From positions 1 to 61,319 of the IMG/VR virus record IMGVR_UViG_3300020045_016338: a DNA stretch of 61,319 nt; one strand, 5' to 3'. A model generated the notes under the pieces. That model was not told the origin of the DNA. It was given only the letters and a program-made list of their open reading frames with translations, and searched no databases. The position numbers and the translations under genes were made by a program. Positions 30,201-38,164 of this stretch are shown one piece after another. This stretch comes from a virus (Duplodnaviria; Caudoviricetes). Position 1 is the first letter of the stretch. Each line of letters starts with the position of its first letter.

Positions 30201-30741
30201 AACAATTGCAAACGCGGTATACCATGTGTTTGCCATTCGCAACCCAACAACAGGGGTTTCGGATATAATATTTTCGACCGGTGTTACTGCACCAACTGTA
30301 ATGCCATCCGGATACACACAGTCGAGACGCATCGGATCGATCATTCGAGTTGGAGGGACTATCCTACCCTTCTCCCAGAAGGGGGATGAATTCTTGCTAG
30401 TAACAGGAATACTTGATGTTAACGTTACTACACTGGGGACATCTGAGACCAGTCAATTACTAACAGTACCGACTGGTATCAAGGTTAATGCATTGGTCCG
30501 AATCAATGGTAGTAATGCATCTAGCTGGGCAGTGGCTGTTTCCAGCTATGATGAAGCGAATTTGCCGCCTAGCTTTGCAGGTGGTGTCGTTGACATCGGA
30601 GGAGGAGCTGGTGTCGCCAGTGCAACTCCTAAACAGGTACGTACTACCACTGCAGGGCTGGTGCGTTCAAGATCATCTGCAGCTTCTACCACGCTGCGTA
30701 TCCTCACCTATGGGTGGATCGACACCCGCGGTAAGGGTTAA
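24235..30741 (+). CDS. Large modular tail fibre with internal repeats
   Basis: 2168 aa; four about 216-aa repeats plus one degenerate copy; CBM-like inserts; C-terminal Y...RRIGSI fibre domain. Confidence 0.85.
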   Translation: MLYDLVQKAAPTSVTGLSKPKANRISYTEVTDERLDFYVIYKYASSSDAASHINILETIVTYETIYSDHSNMTAGVAYWYRVSYYDTDVNESLKSTAISVTYQAILDTDTSQDDPNVPTVALASYTGDYDNDGDIDTGLTITATPGTVDATHPKAVSYVVQLWKSATSGGTYVFHKRYPMPETVLEVEVPQKWFYKAIIKAVGWNGVASAFSTLPVGATGVQPAQYLGSIPTPAAPTITPVANGMAISWPDPSIAAPTYKTHKETIVFVGGVEVWRGAGTKFTDTTARTVDTSYTYTLQNVDKQGRVGTVSSGTAAVYRAVRDTDTSQDDPNPPSVSLASYTGDADNDGDIDTGLTITVTPGAVDATHPKAVSYIVQLWKSTSSGGSYSFFKRYPMPETVLEVAVPQKWFYKAAVRAVSFNGIVSTLTTLPVGATGIQPAQYLGSIPTPAAPSVTPVANGMQIAWTAPAYSTHKETIVFADGVEVWRGAGTRYIDVTLRSIGTSYTYTLQNVDKQNRVGSVSSGAAAVYRGLSGNESNTLDVSVMAENNDLSLGPNIGWSNSTLIVSDPTNAYKGEYVIKRAYTGAASSTTNRNKYLFPVRAGEVYYIGGMLKTDASWAGSSYYYRISFCTDATGATEVATANGPINTTVNTSWFETGGFVTVPTTSTIAYARIEFVTLNQTAGTVFGSHCYCRAETSKSVMPGGILQTQADQSAPSIPTVSLASYTGDIDADGDVDTGLTITVTPGVVDATYPKAVGYIVQLWKSTTSGGTYTLHRRVPMSETVTEVKTAQKYFYKAIVKAISFSGVVSTFSTLPSGTTGEVQPAKYLGSIPTPSAPSVTPIANGMLIAWADPIIATPAFTNHKETIVFVGGVEIWRGKGTKFTDTTIRTVGTSYTYTLQNVDTQSRVGSVSSGTAIAYRAASSVEIGVGAVTASNIGPDAVTSVSLSSFDTSNMVRDPQCLHPSLWATNSGIIASTATGLISASTNRLTSTANTATVWISSLDTDIAVEVGRAYYASAFIDMNTGTANMRFMIQWFSMDISGVTTLIATDTLFNGSVSSWLAVSGVAVAPANARRAKILVQKDATATALDFTFHSPTFRKATDSTTLTTGYGSNQFENADFVAGTTGWGMRASNLPANFALSLRTDTYGVGYGSLQVYQNNGTTAVYYDACQYNHLGVRHFPITPAKTYEASVYYLGHRYDSVVLYLQWLDKDKGHLSFSNLDSATTPRDSNPVSLLSNYGRMWGKAVAPTGAAYCIPFFRHGGTLSGQADSYVWWNRPLFGECNPNQLEASPWVPGPLTIVSSGYTDPTPPPVPSVSLASYTGDADNDGTVDTGLTVTVTPGTATTVDPVSYIVQLWRCDTIGGTYVFHKRYPMPETVREIEVPQRYFYKAIVKAVSFSGAVSAFSTLPGGSTGVQPAKYLGTIPTPSAPAVTPIAGGMLIAWPDPKIATPAYTAHKETIVFVGGVEVWRGAGTKFTDPTIRTAGTSYTYTLQNVDVQDRVGTVSSGTAATYRLIAATDTTQTALAVPGNIPVLTQTSQDIDGDGSTDIAISVTYTTVAGATSHELEISTCTTVGGTYVVQEIIPATVSLSKEFAALTTLYYKVRSRGVGFNGVAGGWSNPSTALKPVKPANTVPTVGTPTVVAFAGFNRVTAPTVAISNLKRYNVYSYIGTTTTPGSAVLVGSITAGNPFDDARTLLVDGNTCWYYLTAVDSWDNESAAKSTGASTVYRIVEPGDVSSDAIIPSKVFPRDFTKLNRDSEMIELANYTFTNAPTTARIVNTTMGPSRFAISMTRTGSAVDTYMYGTKDTPVEEFTRYLFSGYVNIPASTVALIYVEWYNVDVSGIPSNLISTSAGIAVASAAGISSFDEVFVAPAAAQAARLVIEFTGGTTTSNFRVASLCFRRMIHSHDYVDRSIDNNKLNGLPLNYLSGFELSNYGPDPVNDIEVEVGECASSAGDRIVLATSLVKRLDAAWAAGDNGGGLDTGTIANAVYHVFAIRNPTTGVSDIIFSTGVTAPTVMPSGYTQSRRIGSIIRVGGTILPFSQKGDEFLLVTGILDVNVTTLGTSETSQLLTVPTGIKVNALVRINGSNASSWAVAVSSYDEANLPPSFAGGVVDIGGGAGVASATPKQVRTTTAGLVRSRSSAASTTLRILTYGWIDTRGKG

Positions 30742-30775
30742 CACAACATAACACCAACAGAAAGGACAAATTATT

Positions 30776-31099
30776 ATGGACTACAAAAATGTGTCAAGAC
30801 CTTCTGCCTTGAAAAGCGTTGAGACCCCTCTCGATGGAACGGAAGGGGCTGCAATTAGTGCAATCGGGCTCGATAGATCGGAGGATCCAGATTTTCCGGT
30901 ACAGTTGGACATAGTGTATCGAAATGAACAAACCTTAGTAATTCCGGTACATGCGGATGGCAGAGCGGAAATAGGTTATATACTCAAGGACACAGTTGAA
31001 GCTTTCGATTGCCGTTCTTGGTTCATGTCTACCTATGCTCCTGAACCTACACCTGAAACTGTTCCAGAAGGTGGTGATGTGCCTTCTGAAAGTAGCTAA
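30776..31099 (+). CDS. Hypothetical protein (possible fibre chaperone)
   Basis: AAGGA RBS; follows the fibre gene. Confidence 0.6.
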   Translation: MDYKNVSRPSALKSVETPLDGTEGAAISAIGLDRSEDPDFPVQLDIVYRNEQTLVIPVHADGRAEIGYILKDTVEAFDCRSWFMSTYAPEPTPETVPEGGDVPSESS

Positions 31100-31167
31100 C
31101 TAAAGCAGAGCAGTGCAGTGCAGTGCATACATGCATGAACGTTGATTAACTTACCTAGGAGGTAATT

Positions 31168-32328
31168 ATGATTAAGGCAATTACAGTACTCAATGCTTTG
31201 AAGTTGTCCGGAGTTAATTCGGTATACATTAAGGCTATCCAGAACGCTGATGACACGAATCTCTGGGCTCAATGGGATATCTCTACTGATCTGCGTATGG
31301 CAATGTATCTGTCGCAGATTTTGACCGAGAGTGGCGGGCTTCGTTCTATTCGCGAGAACATGAGCTATTCGGCATCGCAGATCTCAAAGGTCTTCGGCGT
31401 CAATAAACACTCGGCTGCAGTCACCACAACCGAAGCTGCAAAGCTTGCACACAATCCGCAGGCACTTGCAGAACGCGTATATGGACTTGGCAATCCGCGG
31501 AAAGCACGTGAGCTCGGCAACACCCGTCCCGGAGACGGATATAAAATGCGTGGCGGAGGCCCTCTGCAAACAACTGGGGGTAATTCCTATAAACATGCGG
31601 GTGAACTCATCGGGATTGATCTCTATGGTAATCCTGATCTGATTGCAGATCCGCGGTATATTCTTCAGCCCTCACTTATCTTTTGGCGTGAACGTGGTTG
31701 CAACGTCCCCGCAGATGCTAACGACATTGCATCGCTCACCCGCAAGATTAACGGCGGTATGAATGGGTATGCAGATCGTGTTGCATGGTTTAACCGCATC
31801 TGGAAAATTATTCAGGCATCTCCCACCACCTCTACCGAAGAGTCCCCAATAAGTGTCGGTACGGGCGATCCTGAAATAAGAGCACTGCAATATGCCCTTA
31901 ATACGCTCGGCGCCAACCCTCGGCTCAAAGAAGATGGGATCATGGGTAAAGCGACTGAGACTGCTGTACGAGCATTTCAAAGAGCAAACAAGCTCCACGT
32001 CGATGGGATTGTTGGGCCAGTAACGCAAGCGGCCATTGATGCACGTATGTCGCCTGGGAAAGTTGCGCCTCTTTTGTCGACGACTCAAGAGCCTATCGTA
32101 GAACATGCAACTGCACGTAACCTAGGAGCCAGTTTGACTGCTGTTAGTGTAGTCGCTGAACAAGGGCTTAGCAAAGTCCAACAGGTAAAAGAGATGCTTG
32201 GCGACAATATCTATCTCCAAGTAGGTTTGGGCGTTGTGCTTCTAGCGGGCCTTGGATTTATTCTCTATGCCTACATCAGCAAATATATGCGTGAGAACAC
32301 CACGATTCTTCTTGGCAAGGAGGACTAA
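31168..32328 (+). CDS. Endolysin: GH19-like domain, PG-binding domain and C-terminal TM
   Basis: ESGGL..RENMSY, LGN...GDG.K.RG.G..Q.TG, TRKINGG.NG; DGIMG..T..AVRAFQ...L.VDGIVG; hydrophobic C-terminal helix. Confidence 0.9.
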   Translation: MIKAITVLNALKLSGVNSVYIKAIQNADDTNLWAQWDISTDLRMAMYLSQILTESGGLRSIRENMSYSASQISKVFGVNKHSAAVTTTEAAKLAHNPQALAERVYGLGNPRKARELGNTRPGDGYKMRGGGPLQTTGGNSYKHAGELIGIDLYGNPDLIADPRYILQPSLIFWRERGCNVPADANDIASLTRKINGGMNGYADRVAWFNRIWKIIQASPTTSTEESPISVGTGDPEIRALQYALNTLGANPRLKEDGIMGKATETAVRAFQRANKLHVDGIVGPVTQAAIDARMSPGKVAPLLSTTQEPIVEHATARNLGASLTAVSVVAEQGLSKVQQVKEMLGDNIYLQVGLGVVLLAGLGFILYAYISKYMRENTTILLGKED

Positions 32329-32331
32329 CCA

Positions 32332-32565
32332 ATGGATACACTCATAACTATTGGTATGGGCCTTGCTACAGTCGTTGGAATGATTCTTTCGGCACTATTC
32401 TTCGGCGAGAAGCGAGGCCGCGATAAAGAAGTCAAGAAGCAACTGGCAAAGTCTCTCGAAAACGAAAGGACACGGAACAATGTTGAAGATCAAGTACGGC
32501 GTGCTCATGTCGATGTTACTGATGCCGGTGTTGACGGCTTGCACGACAAATTCTACCGGGACTGA
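32332..32565 (+). CDS. i-spanin-like protein
   Basis: N-terminal TM plus short coiled coil after the endolysin. Confidence 0.65.
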   Translation: MDTLITIGMGLATVVGMILSALFFGEKRGRDKEVKKQLAKSLENERTRNNVEDQVRRAHVDVTDAGVDGLHDKFYRD

Positions 32566-32683
32566 ATGCGCTGGGTGGAGGAGTCTTTCTCCCAGTCGTT
32601 CGGATACTACTGAAACACAATTGCAGATCAAGGTGCATAACGCCTATGGTGTGCAGATAGGATGCTGGAAGGAACCCAAGTAA
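32480..32683 (+). CDS. o-spanin-like lipoprotein
   Basis: Lipobox LTAC; overlaps the i-spanin in another frame. Confidence 0.7.
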   Translation: MLKIKYGVLMSMLLMPVLTACTTNSTGTECAGWRSLSPSRSDTTETQLQIKVHNAYGVQIGCWKEPK

Positions 32684-32709
32684 GCCTCCTACATGGGCTA
32701 CTGACAGCA

Positions 32710-32736
32710 GAAGAGAGGGCTCATCACCCTCTCTTC
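32710..32736. terminator. Hairpin between the convergent arms
   Basis: GAAGAGAGGG-CTCATCA-CCCTCTCTTC. Confidence 0.7.
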
Positions 32737-32770
32737 ACTTTATTCAGGCAGTGCACAAACTAGCCGAAGC

Positions 32771-32790
32771 AATTACCGCTACTGCACTCA
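32771..32790. repeat. Dispersed repeat, copy 2
   Basis: Identical to 2703-2722. Confidence 0.9.
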
Positions 32791-32973
32791 GTCGTCGGGA
32801 TTGGTGGCCGATGGAGATTGGGAATCACTGAATGAAGGCATTGAGATAGGCTTCAATACTTCCAGCGTGTCGGCAATTCGCTTCAGGCTGATAGCGATCG
32901 ATGACCAGATATACTGTTCACGCAAGTCATCATTCGCTTCAGGTTCTAAGTGCTTTACAATTGGCGATACCAT
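32788..32973 (-). CDS. Hypothetical protein
   Basis: GGAGG RBS; SIAISLKRIAD motif. Confidence 0.65.
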   Translation of the reverse strand: MVSPIVKHLEPEANDDLREQYIWSSIAISLKRIADTLEVLKPISMPSFSDSQSPSATNPDD

Positions 32974-32982
32974 GTTGGCCTC

Positions 32983-33645
32983 CTATTTGCCGACTTTGGA
33001 TAGTGCAAGGAATTCCTGTCGCAGTTCAGGGACTTCACGGAACTTCCCGCTTAGGCGAGAGGTAACAGTTTCAGATCCAGCATCACGTACTCCTCGAAGA
33101 CGTACACAGTAATGTTCGGCGCGTATAACAACGGCGACATCATCAGTGTCCAGGATGTACCGAAGAGCTGCAGCGACTTGTTCTGTAAGCCTCTCTTGGA
33201 TCTGCGGCCTCCGTGCGAAGAAGTCCACCACCCGGTTGAATTTGGAAAGCCCAAGAACTTTATCCCCGGGCACATATCCGATAGTAGCCTTACCCACAAA
33301 GGGCAGGAAGTGGTGCTCACACAAGGACATAACGTTGATGTTGTCGACAGCAACCATCTCCTGATAATGCATTTTGTTCTCAACGGTGGTAGATTTGGGA
33401 AAGTGGCCATAGTCAAGCCCCGTGAAGATTTCATCGCAATACATCTTGGCGACACGCTTCGGGGTATCCTTCAAGCTGTCGTCATCACGATCGAGGCCGA
33501 GGTGATTCATTATACCAGCAAACTGCTCGCAAATGACTCCCTTGGCATCAACGCTTCGGTCAATATTCACCATAGGAGTCTCAAGCCCGAGGGCTTTCAA
33601 CAACTCATGGATTTCCATCCCAAGATTCTTGTCATATTCTGCCAT
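32983..33645 (-). CDS. folE: GTP cyclohydrolase I
   Basis: TPKRVAKM, SLCEHHFLPF, GLSKFNR, RRPQIQERLT, HYC..RG. Confidence 0.97.
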   Translation of the reverse strand: MAEYDKNLGMEIHELLKALGLETPMVNIDRSVDAKGVICEQFAGIMNHLGLDRDDDSLKDTPKRVAKMYCDEIFTGLDYGHFPKSTTVENKMHYQEMVAVDNINVMSLCEHHFLPFVGKATIGYVPGDKVLGLSKFNRVVDFFARRPQIQERLTEQVAAALRYILDTDDVAVVIRAEHYCVRLRGVRDAGSETVTSRLSGKFREVPELRQEFLALSKVGK

Positions 33646-33728
33646 GTGATAGTCTCCTCTGATTCTTTCTTCCCCATTAGGGGACCGCAAACATTGTATA
33701 CACAATCATTGTTTGTTTGGGTGATTGG

Positions 33729-34574
33729 TTAGATCTTCGAGTTTCGGAACTTATAGTGGAGATGCATCAAGTCGGGATGTGCCTCCATAATCATGTCTTG
33801 ATAGAGTGCTGGGTAGCGAATGAGAAACTGGTCAGCCACATTTCCGAAGGCTTCGACGATTTCGATCTCGGCGCCGGGAGATGTACGATTCTCAATGACA
33901 TGCCGCCATGCACGATGATTGCCGGTGACGATGATGTTGGTATTGACACCGCCAGGAACCATCCGACGCATTGCAGAGGTCAACGACTTCTTAATGTGAA
34001 AGGACACACCATCATTGTCAATGCCCCAATCATGAATCATATCATTGATAGCCGTTTTTGCATGAGCACTAATTTCTGAAACGTTATCAACAAACTGTTG
34101 TTGCGCCTCTTGTATCCAAGTTTCACGCTCTTCACCTAAGTACTCTTTATTATGGTCGAAGAGTTCTCCAAGTGCCGAGGTTAAATCAGGAATCCAGACG
34201 TCAAAGGAATCCAGTCGAACGAACCGCTGACTTTCTTGGCTGTATGCCATTCCAGGCCGATGACGAACGAGTTCGTGCGTGAGGATACGACTCACATCGC
34301 AGAAGGCGACTGAGGTAGAAGAATGCTCGAAAATACTGCCATGCTTCTGCTTCATGACATTGCCGAGATATTCCCAGTTACCTTCCCGAACCTTGGTGAT
34401 ATTCGGATTCAGTTCGGTGCCGAAGCTCTTGTAGCACAGCCTCCCAGCGACCTCGGAAAGAACAGCTGCAGCATTCCCGGTGTTCGTATTCCAAGTAGGG
34501 GCGCCGAGATGATTGAGCAGCCCATCGAGCCCGTCGTGTACGATACCCGTTTCTGCGATGATGAATGCCTTCAT
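33729..34574 (-). CDS. thyX: Flavin-dependent thymidylate synthase
   Basis: AGRLCYKS, HGSIFEH, THELVRHR...SQESQRFV. Confidence 0.95.
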   Translation of the reverse strand: MKAFIIAETGIVHDGLDGLLNHLGAPTWNTNTGNAAAVLSEVAGRLCYKSFGTELNPNITKVREGNWEYLGNVMKQKHGSIFEHSSTSVAFCDVSRILTHELVRHRPGMAYSQESQRFVRLDSFDVWIPDLTSALGELFDHNKEYLGEERETWIQEAQQQFVDNVSEISAHAKTAINDMIHDWGIDNDGVSFHIKKSLTSAMRRMVPGGVNTNIIVTGNHRAWRHVIENRTSPGAEIEIVEAFGNVADQFLIRYPALYQDMIMEAHPDLMHLHYKFRNSKI

Positions 34575-34576
34575 AG

Positions 34577-35242
34577 TTAGCGCCCCCAGCCAGAAGATTT
34601 CGTTTCCTTGATCCACTTATGCGCGACCTCCAGCAACATCGGAGCGCCTGCAGAATTGCTGTTGACGATCGGACGATCATCAATCAGCGTACCTTGATGC
34701 TGCGCGTCGACGAGGATAGCAGCGCATGCCATGATGTGACCGAGATGCTTGATACCAGAGTCATCCGCGCAATCTTCGCCGTCGAGATAGTCCATGCAGT
34801 GACGCTTGATTGCTGCGATGTAGGTACGAGCCTGAATCGGCTCAACGCGCCAATTGTAGGGACCATACTTCGTCGCACCATCCATCAAGGCTAGAGCCAT
34901 GTGGATTTCGGCCGCCGGCGGAATCAGAGTCAAATCGACTTTTGCCGCGCCGATCTTATCTTTCGGATTAACGCCGACTTCACCATTGGCATTCTTCAGA
35001 CCGATGACGCGATTTCGCCCTATCAGATCTTTCTGCTCAGCCTTTGGCATTGCAGGTGCAGGAGGTATAGGCGACATAGCGAAATCGTCTACCGCTGCTG
35101 CACTCATGAAAGTCTGGTCGTCCAGATCAATATCGGGTTTTGCCTCGTTTGATGACAGGCCCAGCTTGCCGAGCACCATCTGCTCGTCGACTGTTTCCAT
35201 CGCTTGTTTCAGGCCGTTCTGCTGATCGGTTGCTCGTACCAT
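34577..35242 (-). CDS. dATP/dGTP diphosphohydrolase-domain protein (DUF5664-like)
   Basis: NPKD..G..K, GATKYGPYNWR, Y.AA..RH, D.DSG..HL.H..AC, DDRP. Confidence 0.85.
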   Translation of the reverse strand: MVRATDQQNGLKQAMETVDEQMVLGKLGLSSNEAKPDIDLDDQTFMSAAAVDDFAMSPIPPAPAMPKAEQKDLIGRNRVIGLKNANGEVGVNPKDKIGAAKVDLTLIPPAAEIHMALALMDGATKYGPYNWRVEPIQARTYIAAIKRHCMDYLDGEDCADDSGIKHLGHIMACAAILVDAQHQGTLIDDRPIVNSNSAGAPMLLEVAHKWIKETKSSGWGR

Positions 35243-35329
35243 TGTCTTCTTCCTTTTCCTTTGGTTGATGTTGTTGATCATTGACTTCGTAGGCTAACGC
35301 AGGCCAATATGGATGAACAAATGCCCACA

Positions 35330-37726
35330 CTAACCGCATTTAGAATAACCGCATTGCATGCAGTGCATGCATCCTTCTTCACGAACGAACGTAGGAGCTT
35401 GGCACTTGGGGCATACTTCACCCAATGCATAGCTTTGCTTACCATCTTTTCTGGGAACTTCAGTTATTGTCGGTGCATCGCCAGTCTGCAAATGCTGTTC
35501 CAGAATATTACCAATCTGTGCGGGAAGTGATCCTACATATCTTCCTTTTACCCACGCTCCCCCATTCACAGATTGGATCTGCTTGAGTTCCTGTGGTACA
35601 AACGATATATCTCCCCCCTTACGGAAGATGGCAGTGATCATAAGCGATAGCGCTGTAGTCCATTCAGAATGGGTTCCATCCTTGGAGGTAATAAATACTT
35701 CGTAGGGATGCCCATTCATCATGGAGTTGATGGTAAGATAGAATGCAGCTCCATGGTTAGGCCATTTAACTTTATATGTAGTCCCGTGAAGCACGTCGGG
35801 ACGATCGATAATTTCTCCGAAGAGAGTGGTGGTTCCATTTCCTGCGTTACTCGTGGTGCCATCATCCACGGCCGAAAGTATTGATCCACGAACATCAGAT
35901 GGTCTGTACGTAGTGCACCCTTTGCATCCAGACTGGTATGCAAGGCTGTAGACTGTGACAAATTCGGCATAGGTGATATCCTTTGCTACATTCGTGGTCT
36001 TCGACACCGATGCATCGATCCATCGCTGGATACGGCTCTGCATTAGAATATGGTCGTGAATGTTAAGGTCTTCGATGCTAACGAAGTACGAAGGTAGCTG
36101 ATCGAGTGGCCCCTTGTTGATATCGACATACGGCTGATTCATGTAGTACCAGAGCCGTGCTCCATACTGCATGTTCTTATAGGTCTTGAATGTTTCGCCA
36201 TCAGCCTGACGCACCTTGCGATCCATGATCCACATGTATGCAGGCTCCAACCCACCAGCTGGATTGAGATACACGATGGAAGTCGTTCCAGTCGGTGCAA
36301 CAGTATTCAGCACCAGATTGCGAATGCCATACTTGCGGATCTCGTCCTTCATGTGGGTGGGAAGTTTGCTTGCAATACTCTGGCCGCCGTTACCCTCGAG
36401 ATATTCTTCGATATGTCCGACAAGCGCTGGCGCCATACCACGTTCTTTGGCCAACTCGATAGATTCCTCATAGCTGGCAATCATGATAGTATATGCAACT
36501 TTGTCGGCAAATTCTTGAGCACGGATACTGCCATAACGAATCCGCAACTGCACCAACGCATCAGCGAGTCCAGTGAACCCCAATCCGATACGTCGTTTCG
36601 CCATCTGTTCGAGTCGCTGCTCTTCAAGTGGATACCGGGTTACATCGATGACATTGTCGAGGAAACGAATGCCAATCTTGACGATAGTCTTCAGCAGACT
36701 CCAGTTGAATGCCGCCGAATCGCTGAACGGATCCATAACCATTCGTGCCAAATTCGGATGACCAAGATTGCAGGTCGCATGAGGAGGCAGAGGCTGTTCA
36801 CCGCACGGATTTGTGCAGGCGATCTCTTCGCAGAAATATAGGTTGTTGGTATCGTTAACCCGATCGATGAAGATAACCCCCGGCTCCGAATACTCATAAG
36901 TGTTCTTGGTAATCATCTCGTGCAGTTCGCGAGCCTTCCAAGTGGAATACACGTACTGCTGTACACCATCGTCATCGACGAAATCCAGGTCGATAAGTGC
37001 CTCGGAACGATTTGCAGGAGGAACATTGAAATGTAGCATCCATTCTTCATCCTCAGCGACGGCTTCCATGAAAGCGTCGGAGACGAGAACGCTGACGTTA
37101 AAATTTGTCAACTCGCCCTTCTTCTGCTTGGCAATAATGAATGCGGGCAAATCTGGATGCGTATCACGCAGAGTGCCCATCATTGCCCCACGACGATCGC
37201 CAGAAGACCGAATCGTCTCGCACCACGTATTCCAGCCGCGCATAAACGGCAAAATGCCAGAGGAGACAGAATTGGTCCGATAGACAATTGCACCTGCTGG
37301 ACGAATGGTAGAGAAGTCTGTCCCCATCCCACCGCCTTGTTGCATCGTCAACATCGTATTATCATGTCCGATAAGAATCGAATCCATGGAGTCTTCGATC
37401 TTGCCGTTGACAAAGCAATTCATCAACGTAACACGCTTCGCTGTCCCAGCACCCGCAAGAATACGACCTGCAGGCATCCAGAGATAATTGCGCATTGCAT
37501 CCGCCGCGATATGCTTGGCATATTCATCATCGTCGTTGAGATAGATGCCTTCGCAAACACGTCCAACGATATCATTCCAGGCCCCTTCATTCTCGTAGGC
37601 GTATTTACCGATCATGACATCTTCGATCAACGGATTTTTTTCGGTCTGAATCTTCATTGCCAGCTGTAGATGTACAGGATCGATAACGTTAACAAAAGGT
37701 ACATGCGTGGTGTGCTCTTTAGACAT
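35330..37726 (-). CDS. nrdJ: Class II (B12-dependent) ribonucleotide reductase
   Basis: PAGRIL, NCFV, RRGAMM, TNPCGEQPL, CNLG, APTGT; no small-subunit gene; C-terminal Zn ribbon. Confidence 0.9.
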   Translation of the reverse strand: MSKEHTTHVPFVNVIDPVHLQLAMKIQTEKNPLIEDVMIGKYAYENEGAWNDIVGRVCEGIYLNDDDEYAKHIAADAMRNYLWMPAGRILAGAGTAKRVTLMNCFVNGKIEDSMDSILIGHDNTMLTMQQGGGMGTDFSTIRPAGAIVYRTNSVSSGILPFMRGWNTWCETIRSSGDRRGAMMGTLRDTHPDLPAFIIAKQKKGELTNFNVSVLVSDAFMEAVAEDEEWMLHFNVPPANRSEALIDLDFVDDDGVQQYVYSTWKARELHEMITKNTYEYSEPGVIFIDRVNDTNNLYFCEEIACTNPCGEQPLPPHATCNLGHPNLARMVMDPFSDSAAFNWSLLKTIVKIGIRFLDNVIDVTRYPLEEQRLEQMAKRRIGLGFTGLADALVQLRIRYGSIRAQEFADKVAYTIMIASYEESIELAKERGMAPALVGHIEEYLEGNGGQSIASKLPTHMKDEIRKYGIRNLVLNTVAPTGTTSIVYLNPAGGLEPAYMWIMDRKVRQADGETFKTYKNMQYGARLWYYMNQPYVDINKGPLDQLPSYFVSIEDLNIHDHILMQSRIQRWIDASVSKTTNVAKDITYAEFVTVYSLAYQSGCKGCTTYRPSDVRGSILSAVDDGTTSNAGNGTTTLFGEIIDRPDVLHGTTYKVKWPNHGAAFYLTINSMMNGHPYEVFITSKDGTHSEWTTALSLMITAIFRKGGDISFVPQELKQIQSVNGGAWVKGRYVGSLPAQIGNILEQHLQTGDAPTITEVPRKDGKQSYALGEVCPKCQAPTFVREEGCMHCMQCGYSKCG

Positions 37727-37759
37727 GATAAACTCCTGAACGGGTGTTATTGTTGTTTG

Positions 37760-38104
37760 TTACTTAGGTGGTTGAGACGTTGGCGGATTTTTCGCATTAA
37801 ATCTGCCTGTGGCAATTTTTCCGTTAGACGGGAATGCCAAGATAGTAGCAGAGGTGGTGGCCTGCGTTTCCGGGGATTTATTAAGGAGTTGTTCCCCATG
37901 GATAATATTTCTTCGCAAGTCGAATGCTTGTACATGAAGCGGACTTCCGACTGCGGTATTAGCAATAATGCACGAAAGACTTTCAAGGGCTTTTTGAGTG
38001 GGAATTTTCTCTGCGGAAGTCCCTTGCCATGCTCCTGAGACCTTCCAGAATAGCGATTGTAGTTCCTGCTGCGTATAATGCTGTTGATGCATGAGATTCT
38101 CCAT
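37760..38104 (-). CDS. Hypothetical protein
   Basis: 114 aa directly downstream of a promoter; may be leaderless. Confidence 0.55.
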   Translation of the reverse strand: MENLMHQQHYTQQELQSLFWKVSGAWQGTSAEKIPTQKALESLSCIIANTAVGSPLHVQAFDLRRNIIHGEQLLNKSPETQATTSATILAFPSNGKIATGRFNAKNPPTSQPPK

Positions 38105-38114
38105 CTTACATTAT

Positions 38115-38160
38115 ATTATATACTTTGACACTCTAGTCAATCAAGTGGCAAAATGATGGT
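38115..38160 (-). promoter_or_regulatory. Extended phage promoter
   Basis: ACCATCATTTTGCCAC-TTGATT-18-TATAAT. Confidence 0.7.
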
Positions 38161-38164
38161 AGGT

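Noticed and set aside
24235-30741. Diversity-generating retroelement acting on fibre repeats
   Set aside because: No reverse transcriptase; repeat differences are synonymous rather than adenine-specific
31110-31127. CAGTG x3 microrepeat resembling part of the dispersed repeat
   Set aside because: Too short to interpret
2703-32790. 20-bp repeats as prophage attL/attR
   Set aside because: Phage genes continue on both sides, there is no integrase, and further copies exist; kept only as a dispersed repeat
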